Assembly: GCF_036321535.1 (NCBI RefSeq)
Contig: NC_087436.1
Coordinates: 27,902,001 to 27,966,000, forward strand
DNA: 64,000 nt
From: Camelus dromedarius
Taxonomy: Eukaryota
Direction of reading: 5' to 3'
The position numbers and the translations under genes are program-made. The notes under the pieces were generated by a model. That model had not been told where the DNA came from. It worked only from the letters and a program-made list of their open reading frames with translations, and did not search any database. Shown piece after piece: positions 53,311-64,000 of the stretch (positions are counted from its first letter, which is position 1; every line of letters starts with the position of its first letter).

Positions 53311-54414
53311 AGATATATTTTCCTCTCTGGGCCCTTGGTGATCCCAGATTTGTAAGTCTTAAGAGATTCTCTAGCCCAGTGATCTTCAGAGGTTAATTCT
53401 CCAGCTCAGAAAATGTTGAAACTTGGGAATCCCTTCCTAGGAAACAAAATGATCAGAATTAAGAATCTTGGCAGCAATATGACACAGCTAAAAATGTCTG
53501 GGAGAATATATAAAAAGGGAAGTACAAAAGTAAGAGAAAGAGCCTGAGACTGCGGAGAATACACAGCAAAAACTTTTCTTACAGTATCACTTAGTACCAA
53601 TTCTAGAAATCCACTCATGCTCCCAAATTGAATGTGAAATGAATGAAACAGGGAGTCTTTGTAATCAACTGGAGATCAACACCCAGTTCTCACGTGAGGT
53701 AATGAGTGTGCAGGACAGTTTTGAGAGGAAACAACATGGCTGAAGAACACTGAAGGGAAGACAAGCATTGAATAAGATCTGTTGACTAGTTTATTCTACC
53801 ACAAAAAAGTTCTAACATATGTTAGAAGCTTAAAATATCTCAAATTATGTTAAAATTTTAATCATAGCAATATCCAAAATGGACATTTGTCTATGATGCC
53901 AGAGTAGTAAGTTACAAGTAGTCTTATAATGAGAGAATTCTCTAAACTGTTTGTATTTTCAGGTTGTAGATTTTGAAAAAAAGCAACACAGAATGAAATA
54001 CTGGCCAGGATGAAATCAATAATATTTTCTTTTTCTGTTGTGTTTTATTTGTCTCCTCTCTTCTCTTGATAACCTAAATTCTCTACTATGTTCCTTGGTT
54101 AACAATATCAATGTTTAGATCTTAACTGTATTATGCTCTGAGTGATAGAAATATAAGAGTAAAGGAAAATTTGCTTCTACTTTTAAAATGTTTAGATATT
54201 GAGGTTACTGTCTATGAAAGTTTGTAGCATGAAAATAGTTTATAGCAAGACAGAGATAAAAAGAAAGGGAAAGAGAAAGAGAGATGGATATGAATATGAG
54301 TCTGTGACTATTCATTTTAATATATTAACATTGTCCATCAGAGAAACCAGGCCAAGTTATTGTCTTACTGAGCTCTCTCCTCCCTCGGAGAAATGCACTT
54401 AAGCAGAGAGGATA

Positions 54415-54680
54415 ACAACAACAGTAATAGCTGACATTCATTGAGTGTTATTATTTGCCAGACTGTTTCCTCGACATGAAATACGTACTCCCTCAATAAA
54501 TAGCTCTTAGACATGTGTAATGTTAATAATAGCTCTTTCAGGGATGTATTATTACTGTTCCTATTTTAACATGAGAAAACTGAGATACCAGAAATTAAGT
54601 TAGTTGTTAGGATCACAGGCTGTCAATTGTGGGTTCAACATTCCAAACCATTTGCTTTGCATCTTGAGCCTGCACTAAGC
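54415..54680 (-). mobile_element. MIR
   Basis: aatagctgacattcattgagtg...cctattttaacatgagaaaactgaga...ggatcacag. Confidence 0.75.
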
Positions 54681-56279
54681 TATGCCCCATAAGTGTATTT
54701 CTCTGCACTTGTAATTTAACAAAATATTGGTGTAAATCCTACTTGCTCTAAGGTAGTATGAGGAAAATAAAATATGTACTCATTCCCTTACATGACACTA
54801 GAAACTAAAGGTCAAACCACTTAAATAGCATTAAAATAGCTGTACAGTATATATGGTTGAGTGAAACATTTCTTATTTTCCCTTACTATATTCAAGTTCA
54901 AATATTCAGATATTTCCTTATTTTCTCTCATATTCAAATAATTCACTCAAGCTTTTCAAATTCAGATCAGCTATACTAATATGTGTTCAATTCTTTATCA
55001 AATACTTTTGTTGTTTATTTTATAAATAAAAGAAAAATATGATTTAAAATGAAAATAATTTAAAGTAGCAAGCAGGTAATTTTATAAAGATGAAAGATGT
55101 AATTGGCCATATGGAGATAATTATCAAAAATCTTTTTCCACAAACATTATATGAGATATTATAGAGAACCAATGGAAATCCAATAAAAAAATCTGTTCAG
55201 ATTTATAAAAAAGTCAAGTGAATGTTTTCATTGGTATAATCTTTTAGTCTTTGCAAAGTGAAAAATCAACATCTACATATTTTATAAAATATTCATAGAT
55301 AGGATTATGCATTTATTATTAACTAATAATTTGTGATTATCAAAAAATGCTGCAGTATCATTTTCCTATTTACCTATCCATCTTCCCCCCTTATATAGCC
55401 TACATAGATTACCCACACTTTTCTCCATAGTAATGAACTAATACACAAAATGTACATAGAGGATTTTTTATTGTTAAGTAAAAACTGCTTCATGTTATAT
55501 AAGTTTTTTCTTTCCATTTGTTACTGAATATAATCATGTGTTTATTATTTTAATTAATTCTTTTTATTGCCTTAATATTTATTTTTTGTACGGTCACAAC
55601 TTATTCAGAAGCTCAAATATGTCGGGCATTCATGTTGTGGATAGTGTTTTCGTACGATAAGCAAATCTATGGTAAATATTACCTAGAATAAAGTCATTGA
55701 AGTATAGTTTCTGTTTTGATCTAGTAGAGTCACAGGACCAAAAATGCTGTCTAAGAACATGAGCATTTAAACTTTAACAGATGTTGACTCATTTTCAAGA
55801 AGGCAGGAAACATTGCACATTTCTACCCTTTAGCGCATTAGAATACAACTTCTCCCTTAGCATTAGGTGTTATTACTTTCATTCTCACTTCATTTTATAT
55901 TATCAGTTGTTAGTCATATTTTTTTCACTTTTTATCATCTCTGGAATAATTTACATTCAATCATTGACAATCAGTGGTATATTAAATTTATATTTGCAAG
56001 GCTTTTTTCTTAATGGTATGTAAAATAATGCTTTGTCTTAGATTTCATGAAATATAAGTTTTAAAAAGCTTTTTCAGGAGATATAAAACGAACTTTAAAA
56101 GTCTGTGTGATATGAAAATATAGTATTTTATATATTGCACAATAGTAAAATAGTTTAATTGGCAATTAAATTTTACTTTTTGGTAACACATAAAAAATAA
56201 GTTTCATAAACAAAGGCATCTTCAATTCAATGAATTAAGCCATATTCCACTCTGTCGTCCTGTACACTTAATAGCTAAA

Positions 56280-57260
56280 ATACATGGAATCAGAAGAAAT
56301 GGTGAAAATAACAATGGCTCCTCTCACCATCATTACCATCATTACCAGCAGTCTACATGTGTGATAATAAATTATTCATCCCATCCCCAAAATTGGATTA
56401 AAGGTCCTAGCTCATGGGGAGCAGAAAGGAGTTATTTCCACTAGGCAACACAGCAAGCATCCCATGGAATTGAAACTGCTACTCCCCACTGGTCATTTTA
56501 CACTGCTTGTTTATCTTTGGACTAGAGGGCAAAGGAAGGAGTTAATTTGCTGCCAGTGGTAATAGGTCCTGATTATCATAAGAAGTTCTAATTGCCACTA
56601 TACGACTGCTACAGGAAGAAAAGTATCTGGAACCTATGGCATTTACTCGGCATCTGTTGATGTGGTGTGTATACTTCCTGTGATTACAGAGTAACATTTG
56701 TGACAAGAAAGGCAAAACAATTAAGACTCAGATGCCTGGAGCATGAATCTGTGAGTCCCTGACTTAGCCCATTAACACAGCTATAATAGAATGACACAGA
56801 TTTTATAGCTTATACACAATAGATGTTTATTTGTCACAATTCTGGTGACTGTAAAGTCCAAGATCAAGGCACCAGCAGATGTGGTGTCTAATGAGGGCCC
56901 ACCTCCTGGTTCATAGATGATATCTTTTCACTGTGTTCTCACATGATTGAAGGAGCAAGGCAGTTCTCCAGGGTCTCTGTTATAAGAGCATTAATTCTGC
57001 TCGTCAAGCCTCTATCCTCAGAACTGAATCACCTCCTAAAGTCCCCACCTCCAAAACCATCACTACCCATTAGGTTTCAACATGAATTTCGGGGGAACAA
57101 AACATTCAGACCATAGTAATCATCTCACCATATAAACACAGCTGACTGACCCAAGAGCTGCCCAAGGGTAAGAGAAATCTAGAATATGTAATGGAGAAGG
57201 GAGATGATGAAAAATTATCAGCTATAAGAGCAATTGCAGCAGCAGGACTGTTGCTTGTTT
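56280..57260 (+). pseudogene. ERVL/MLT internal relic: integrase end and dUTPase, split by an MLT1A
   Basis: translates to LKLLLPTGHFTLLV and AKEGVNLLPVVIGPDYH, resembling ERV-L dUTPase WKLRLPPGHFGLL / AKKGVTVLAGVIDPDY; resumes at 57119 and ends ...gcagcaggactgt. Confidence 0.8.
56760..57118 (-). mobile_element. MLT1A-type MaLR solo LTR
   Basis: tttatttgtcacaattctgg...aagtccaagatcaaggcaccagcagat...aatcacctcctaaagtccccacctcc...aacattcagaccatag. Confidence 0.9.
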
Positions 57261-59217
57261 CTTAAAGATACGACCTTCATGAGGACTCTGATGGATTGTA
57301 CCTTTCCCCTCAGAAAAGAAATAAGAGCATCCTGTTCACACACAGTGTGTTCCTTCTTCAAGTATTAGAGACAGTAATAATGAAGGTACAAGGAAATGTG
57401 AATGGTACAATGGTCTGCACAAGACATCTCTGATTAACAATTTCAAATACCCTTGTCTGTTTCTTTCTTTAATTGTATCTGTTACCTGGGCTTTATCACA
57501 GTATTATTAGATCCTGATAATACTAGAATGTAATAGTAATCAGATCAGAAAAATGATCTAGTTTTCCTACGGCAAGTATACTCATTTCTGAATTTATATT
57601 AACACAAATTCTTTTCTATGTAGAAATTATGATGTATTGATAAATATTAATTTGAAAAAATATAACTATGCAAAATTTGAAGTATTTCAGTATTTAAATA
57701 CAAAAGTATTTAAAATATATTTGGGTAATTTTTCAAAGTCACACATTCAGATAGCAGAATCACTATTTCAATTTGTATTAGTCTGATGGCAACTTCTAAG
57801 TTTTTGACTATCACTACATTCTACCTCTTGGTTTAAAAGATTTATAAAAGAGTACTGTGAAAATTAGAGAAATTTTAATAATTAGAAAAACAAATCTTCC
57901 TCTTTATAGAAAAGAAAAATATGGTACAATATAATTTGTCTAAATTAAAAGAATAGAAACTCTTTTTGGAATCTGTGTGATTCTCAGTTTACTGGGAAGA
58001 AAAAACATATGTGCAAGACAATAATTGATATAGAAGAGTAATAATGTTGGCCTTTTACTGCCAAATATCAAAATTCTAACAATATAGATGACACACAATA
58101 GCTATAAAAATAGGTAAGGAAATTAATAGAACAGAATATTGAGTTTAGACACAGATCATAATATATGGGATCGGGGAAGGATAATTTAGTAAGAGAAGGT
58201 GAGATCTCTTTTCCTAATGTTGGGAAAAATTGTTTCATTATGTTACCATACTACTTGCCAAAATTAATCTCAGATGTATTAAAAGCAATGGCTTTCATAT
58301 TTTGTTAGCTAGTAGCATAATGCCTTTTATCAAATAAGATCCTATTTGAAACCACTATACCTAACAAATAAAAACAAATCTGCTACGGTTGACAATACAT
58401 AACATACCAGAGAACATGTTTGGAAAGTTTCTGCATTTAAGAGTGAAATCAGAAAAAGGAGAGGGGAGCGATGTATAATTTCAGAGTCTTAAAGTTGACT
58501 TCCATTGCATAACTGCTTACAACAAATTGATTCACCATTTTTAAGCACTATTCAAAACCTGTATACATCAGCAATGAAATCTATTATCCAGTACCCATCA
58601 ACACACAAGCAGATTTACGGATTCTTAATGAGCATAGTGCTAAGAAATCCCATTTAACACTGTCTTAACTCTAGGTTTAGGCAATAATAAAGATAAGTTG
58701 TACAAGCAAGGCCATGGTATTTTACAATTCTTTATTTTCCCTATCTTTGTATGTGTTATGTTTGGTTGTTTTCAGTCAAAAGCAAATTCCCATGTGACAT
58801 TTTGTTTTGTGAACTTAATTTTATTGATTCACTTGATGATTATTCTGAATATATAAATAACAGATTTTTGAGGAAATTAAAAATGTAGTTTAGGTTGACT
58901 TTTTTTTAAGTTGATGTTTCAAGAGTATGTGTTAAGTTATCTACTTGGGTAATTATAAAAGTATGTTCAACGTAGATACATGTTGTGAGTGAACATAAAT
59001 AAGTCATATTCATCCACTGCTTGTATATAGATGAGTAAAAATGAAATACAAAAATGGAAATATTTTTATTATAATAGACAATAATTGGCATATAATATTT
59101 TAAGCTTCTCAATCTACAAAATACTGTGTAAGAACAGAAGAACTCTTCTGTTTGTTTTTAAGGCAGTATGAGAGCAGTTCTGTTTTACATTTTAGAGGTT
59201 ATAATATTTTGACCCAA

Positions 59218-59382
59218 TTATTTTTATAGATGCCAGCATCTTTTTTTCTTTTCCTCTTTTCTTCTCTTTCTTTTTTCTTTCTTCCTCCTTTCTTCTCCCA
59301 ATCCCTTCTCCCCTCTCTCTTCTTCCCGTCCCCTCTCTCTCCTTCCTTTTTCCTTTTCTTTCTTTCTTCTTTTTTTTCTTTT
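59218..59382. repeat. Polypyrimidine low-complexity tract
   Basis: about 160 nt almost exclusively C/T. Confidence 0.95.
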
Positions 59383-59463
59383 GAATGAGTATACTTTCCC
59401 ATTTCAGTTATTTAATTTTCTGCTTAGAAAACAAATTAAAAAGAACCGTTTCACATGTTTAAG

Positions 59464-59497
59464 GGAATCACATCCTTAATGGAATCACATCCTTAAT
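59464..59497. repeat. Perfect 17-bp tandem duplication
   Basis: ggaatcacatccttaat x2. Confidence 0.97.
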
Positions 59498-61824
59498 AGA
59501 AAGCAGACCCTCATTTTCATGCCTGGGGAAAGATCTCATTCTTTACTAAGCAGGCAGTATATTTAGGTTTCACTTTTGTCTCCTTTCTTTGTATTTACTT
59601 CAAGTCATTAGGAAGAACAGGGGTATTCTGTTCTCAAAGCACCTGCATTTAATTGTAGGTTATTGCTTGTCCCACACGAAGACACGAACAGCTGGATTAA
59701 AATAAACATAATGATAGAAGAAGAAAAAAAGAGAACATTCTCATTTGGAGAATGATTTACATTGTTCAGAGGGGGAAAATCCAACAAAATTAAATAGAAG
59801 TTCTGAGGCTAAATAACTTAGGTGTTTTGATTCTGCCAATTTTTAAAAAAATTTTTTACCTGTCTTCTTTTTACTCCATCATGTTAACACTATGAAATAA
59901 AATCATTATTATCTGAAAGTCAATATACTGAAAAGTATTATTAAAATCTCATCTTAGAGAAAAAAATGAAACAAAACACTACTGTAGCTGACTGAGCTTT
60001 CAGTCTCCTGTTTGTTTTTTAGTGGAAAGATTTCCCACACAGCCTTGGCTGCTAGTCAAGGTCTGCTTTTAAATGCATATAATTCAATAAGATCGAAACA
60101 GTGTGTCTTTTAGGAGTGTTTTACTTAGAAGATAAATTTTAACTGAAATTAAGGCAATAAATATATTTTTCATCCTGTTGTCTATATAAAATTTTTAATT
60201 GGTCATTTGTGAAAAGTTATGAAATCCAGCCATGCAAAAGGATAGGAAAAGTATATGCCTTCTAAATTTCATTACAACCGCCTTCAATCTTTACAAGAAT
60301 GTTTTATGGAATAGAAATTGTAACTAGAAAGTCACAAAGACAATTGAAAAATGCCTTTCTCCCATACTTTTATTTAATGTGCCCTCTGACTATGCAACTA
60401 TGCAATAAGGAAAGATAATAAAACTGGAAATGTAGTTTGGACTTAAACATATTGTGTTTGGTGTATTATATTTACACATACAATTTTTGGAAAATTAATT
60501 GAAGTTCCATTGTAACATAACATGTATTTACAGTATGGGACTTGGGAACCTGGAGATACTACTGAATCTATTTGCTGTATCATTCTTATTCTTGGCAACA
60601 TACATATTGACAAGCTGAAAATACTGAATTTTATGACTTGTAGTCACAATAGAAGATAATATAAAATATCTAAAATCAAACTTTAGATAGTATGAAATAG
60701 CAGCAGTATATAAAGAACAGTAAATGTGATCCTGCCTATGATTATTTGAGCACTGGCAAGTCAGAGGCGACTGTGTCTTGATCTTATGTGGCACTTTGAG
60801 GGCAGGCTCCTGTGCCATCCTGTTAAAGGTGCTAGCAGTTAGCACCCTCTCAATTCAGTGTTACAATGTGTCAGTCTCTGCCTTGCAGGATGAGAAGAAG
60901 TTAGAGCAATGTTTTAATAATGGATGTCTTCTGGATATTAAGGAAACTTGGTCGAATGATTGGGAATGGAGTAAATTATTAAAATTGTCACAACTGAAAG
61001 CAAATTATTGAATTACTGACCATTAATTTAATATTTCTTAGCTATGGTTGTTATATACCTTTTCCATAGTGCCTGTGTTCTGTGTGCTGCAGAAATGACC
61101 ATTGTCTTATACATCAGCTTTATATATCATAGTTAGTTAGCAAATAATTATCATTAATTCTTCTTTGGACAATATTTCTATAAACTTCATATATAGCTGC
61201 TATATGATATCTATAATTTTAGTTCCTCTATACTCAAATTGCTATTATTCTTGATTTTGCTTTGTTCAGGTTTAATTTTTTTTTATAGTGTGTTTTTTTT
61301 CACTTTCCCATTAGTGTGTATGAGGACACACATAATACATATGCAGTCAATTTTAAAAATCCATTTATTTTCGGTGTACTTCTTAATTAATTACTTTTAA
61401 ATTTAATCCATTTACTTTGGTTACTATTATTAGATGTATTTATGTTTCTTGTTTTTTAAAATGTATTCAACACAGAAATTTTAATAATGTTGGTCACTAT
61501 TCAATCATTGTATTAATTCAAAAATATTTATGGAAAGCATAATTATTTAAATACATATATACTCATAAATTAAATTCTTAAGAGCTTGATATATTGATGT
61601 CAAGAAATTGAGAAATTCAACAGAAAACAGAAAACATATGTTACAATTTTGACAAAGAGAGAAACAGTCAAATCAGTTTTATTGACTTTAGAATTGACTT
61701 CATTTTCCTTAAGTTTTGTGAGATGGAAAACAAAATCAAAGTTGGGTTGATTCAAAATGAAAATGTTGTGAGTTTTTTTGTCTTTGAAATTATCTTTGGA
61801 AAGGAGGATTTAGGGGTCTAATAA

Positions 61825-62000
61825 ATGGTGTGGTAAAGTTTGGAGCCAGACTGTTGGGTTTGAAACAAATCATCGCTACTTACTAGCTCTGAGGTCTTAG
61901 AGCAAATAACAGCATCTAACTGATGAGGGTGATGTGTGATGCCCTGAATTTATATATAATGTTTACAACAGTGACTGGCATGTGTGTTCTAGTTAAAATT
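61825..62000 (+). mobile_element. MIR (internally deleted)
   Basis: tttggagccagactgttgggtttgaa...ctacttactagctctgaggtcttagagcaaat...acagtgactggca. Confidence 0.75.
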
Positions 62001-62002
62001 GT

Positions 62003-62608
62003 TGTTGCCTTAACATCGCTTTCATTCCTTGCCCCAGAGCTGGATTACTTGAGAAATTAGGCAGAGATCCAAGGCGTAGTAGAAATGAAAGTGTGTCTTT
62101 ATTGGGGAACAAATTGATACTGGAGACTGTGGCTCGTATCTGAAGCAATTATGGTTCTAAAACCTGAAACTGGGAATGAGACAGACTTCTACCTATTTAT
62201 AGCCAGCGATGCATTAGGAGAGAGGTCTCCGCTACAGTTTCAGTGTTTATGGCTGAAAAATTTGAGGCATGAAGGGGCAGAGAGGAACAAAGAGCAGTGA
62301 GCTACCAAAAGAGAGAAGAGAACAAAGGGCTACAGTCCAGATTCTGTTGTCTCTTCTAAATCCCTAATTAGCAAAACCACTCCAGAAACATTATAGCGTA
62401 GGCATGTAAAGGGAATAAAAACGGAAAAGAACTGCAATAACAGAGATCCCTCTTCAAAGACAGAAGTTTTAAGGGAAGGAAATAAGCCTCCCTACCTGCT
62501 CCAAAAAGTAATGGATCATTAAATCCATCATATGGCAAATCATCTGACAACTGTATTTAGAGACAGGCCTCAGATAGAACCTAATTCAAGACAGGTCTTT
62601 GGGTTTCA
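62003..62608 (-). mobile_element. Probable solo LTR
   Basis: minus strand starts tgaaaccc (62608), has TATA ggctataaatag (about 62193-62203) and AATAAA (tttatt at about 62098); no clear TSD. Confidence 0.5.
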
Positions 62609-63119
62609 TCTCCACAGTTTTCTGGAAGATTGGAAAATTTGATTGTGAAGTTTAATAGAAATTAGGAATCAAGTAATTTCATCTATATGCGTTCATTTAC
62701 CATTGAATAGACATGTTATGTATTACCACTGGGGATATAGAAACCAAGAAAACAAACAATACGGTTTGAAAAATTGAAGACTTTTGGTAGGTACAGGAAT
62801 AGAAACAGATACAGGAAACAGGTGTAGGTATAGAGATAAAAGAAGTATATGTAGACATTGGGAAAGGTGTAGATATGTCTATGTTTACAATAAGTCCATT
62901 TATTTAATTTTGCAGTAAAACAATTTTACTGACAGAAAGAATTATGTTTAATACAAAGTTGTGGATGGTATTCATTCGTTTATTACTCAACAGGATATTG
63001 ATTGTTGTCTAGAAGGATACAACAGAGGTAAAAAGCAATCCTGTCTTTAGAGAGCTTATATATCTATACCTAGACCTATGTCAAGATTTAAAAATTAATG
63101 TATTATATTGAATTATTCT

Positions 63120-63158
63120 AAATGCTAATTATAATCGCTAATTACAAATGCTAATTGC
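63120..63158. repeat. 3 x 13-bp imperfect tandem repeat
   Basis: aaatgctaattat / aatcgctaattac / aaatgctaattgc. Confidence 0.85.
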
Positions 63159-64000
63159 AAATTTGCTTAGAATTTCAAATTATAATGTTTTAATTAACTA
63201 TAAATTATTTAAGCTTTGGAATTCTGAAAAACATTTTATTTTGGGGGAAAATATTCTTTTTAGAAAAGGCAATTATCTAAATCTTACTTTTGTAAATCAG
63301 AGAATCTAAGCAAATCTAAATGTACAAGAATAAAAGTCTCTATTATGCATCTAAAGAATATAAGCCTGTAATGGTGAAATTTTTAGGTGGATTTTTGTTA
63401 GTTTTCTTTGTTTTTGCTTGCATATAATTTTTTTAAATGGTATTTCTAAAGAGTTTTGAAATGAAGAGCCTTACTATTCTTCATAGTTATTAAAATAATC
63501 ATGGAAAATTTGTGATAAAAATTCTATTTTTAAAATATGGTGGAAGACTGAAAATTCTGGCAAAGCTCACAGTTTTTCTTAATGGTGAGACCATTAGCAA
63601 ATTTGCATCAATAGACATCTTTTAGTAAATTATCATTCACCTTCGTTCAAAATTAAAAATTACTATAGTTGTCTGATTCATTGGGCTTTAAGTATATGAA
63701 ACAGGAATTCACTGGTAAAGCCTTAACTTATTATCTTAAAAATGCAATTATCTTAAAATACTTCATAGCTTAGTTCAAAGGTCAGAAAAGGTCTTAAATC
63801 ACATAAGTTATTGAAAGTAATGGTACTAAAAGGAGGTTGCTTTATTTACTATCTATAGTCAATAATTTTGAGGTTCTCTCTTTAGTTAGAAAACATTTAA
63901 GAACATGCAACATTTAAAATTTTTAATTTTATTTTATATTAAATATTTAAATTTAATATTTTTGAAAATACTCATTGCTATTAAGCCCAATAACTTGGAA

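Noticed and set aside
59199..59402. K/R/E-rich 67-aa ORF
   Set aside because: Translation of the purine strand of a low-complexity tract.
901..62550. Remaining 60-136 aa ORFs in the track
   Set aside because: No recognisable domains; F/L/I/S-rich composition expected from AT-rich or antisense-L1 sequence; many use non-ATG starts; no coherent exon chain.

Overview
AT-rich, CpG-depleted mammalian genomic DNA, most likely camelid (two tRNA-Ala-derived Vic-1-type SINEs plus young artiodactyl-type L1 3' ends). I cannot support any cellular protein-coding exon, so the window reads as intergenic or deep-intronic. It is dominated by transposon remnants: young and old LINE-1s (mostly on the minus strand), L2/MIR fragments, several solo LTRs (MER41-like, MER21C, MLT2, MLT1A), an ERVL internal dUTPase relic and a MER58A DNA transposon. 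The only long ORF (8221-9270) is a broken L1 ORF2 fragment. The most informative structures are records of retrotransposition: a TSD-bounded L1 3' transduction (33260-33793), a twin-primed 5'-inverted L1 missing about 2 kb internally (7555-9345), and a possibly tailless L1 fragment (35299-35872). There is also a candidate GATA-rich regulatory element or first exon near 37.5-37.7 kb. I found no evidence of a novel multi-gene system. Repeat family names come from my recollection of consensus sequences, not from a database search, and boundaries of old elements are approximate.
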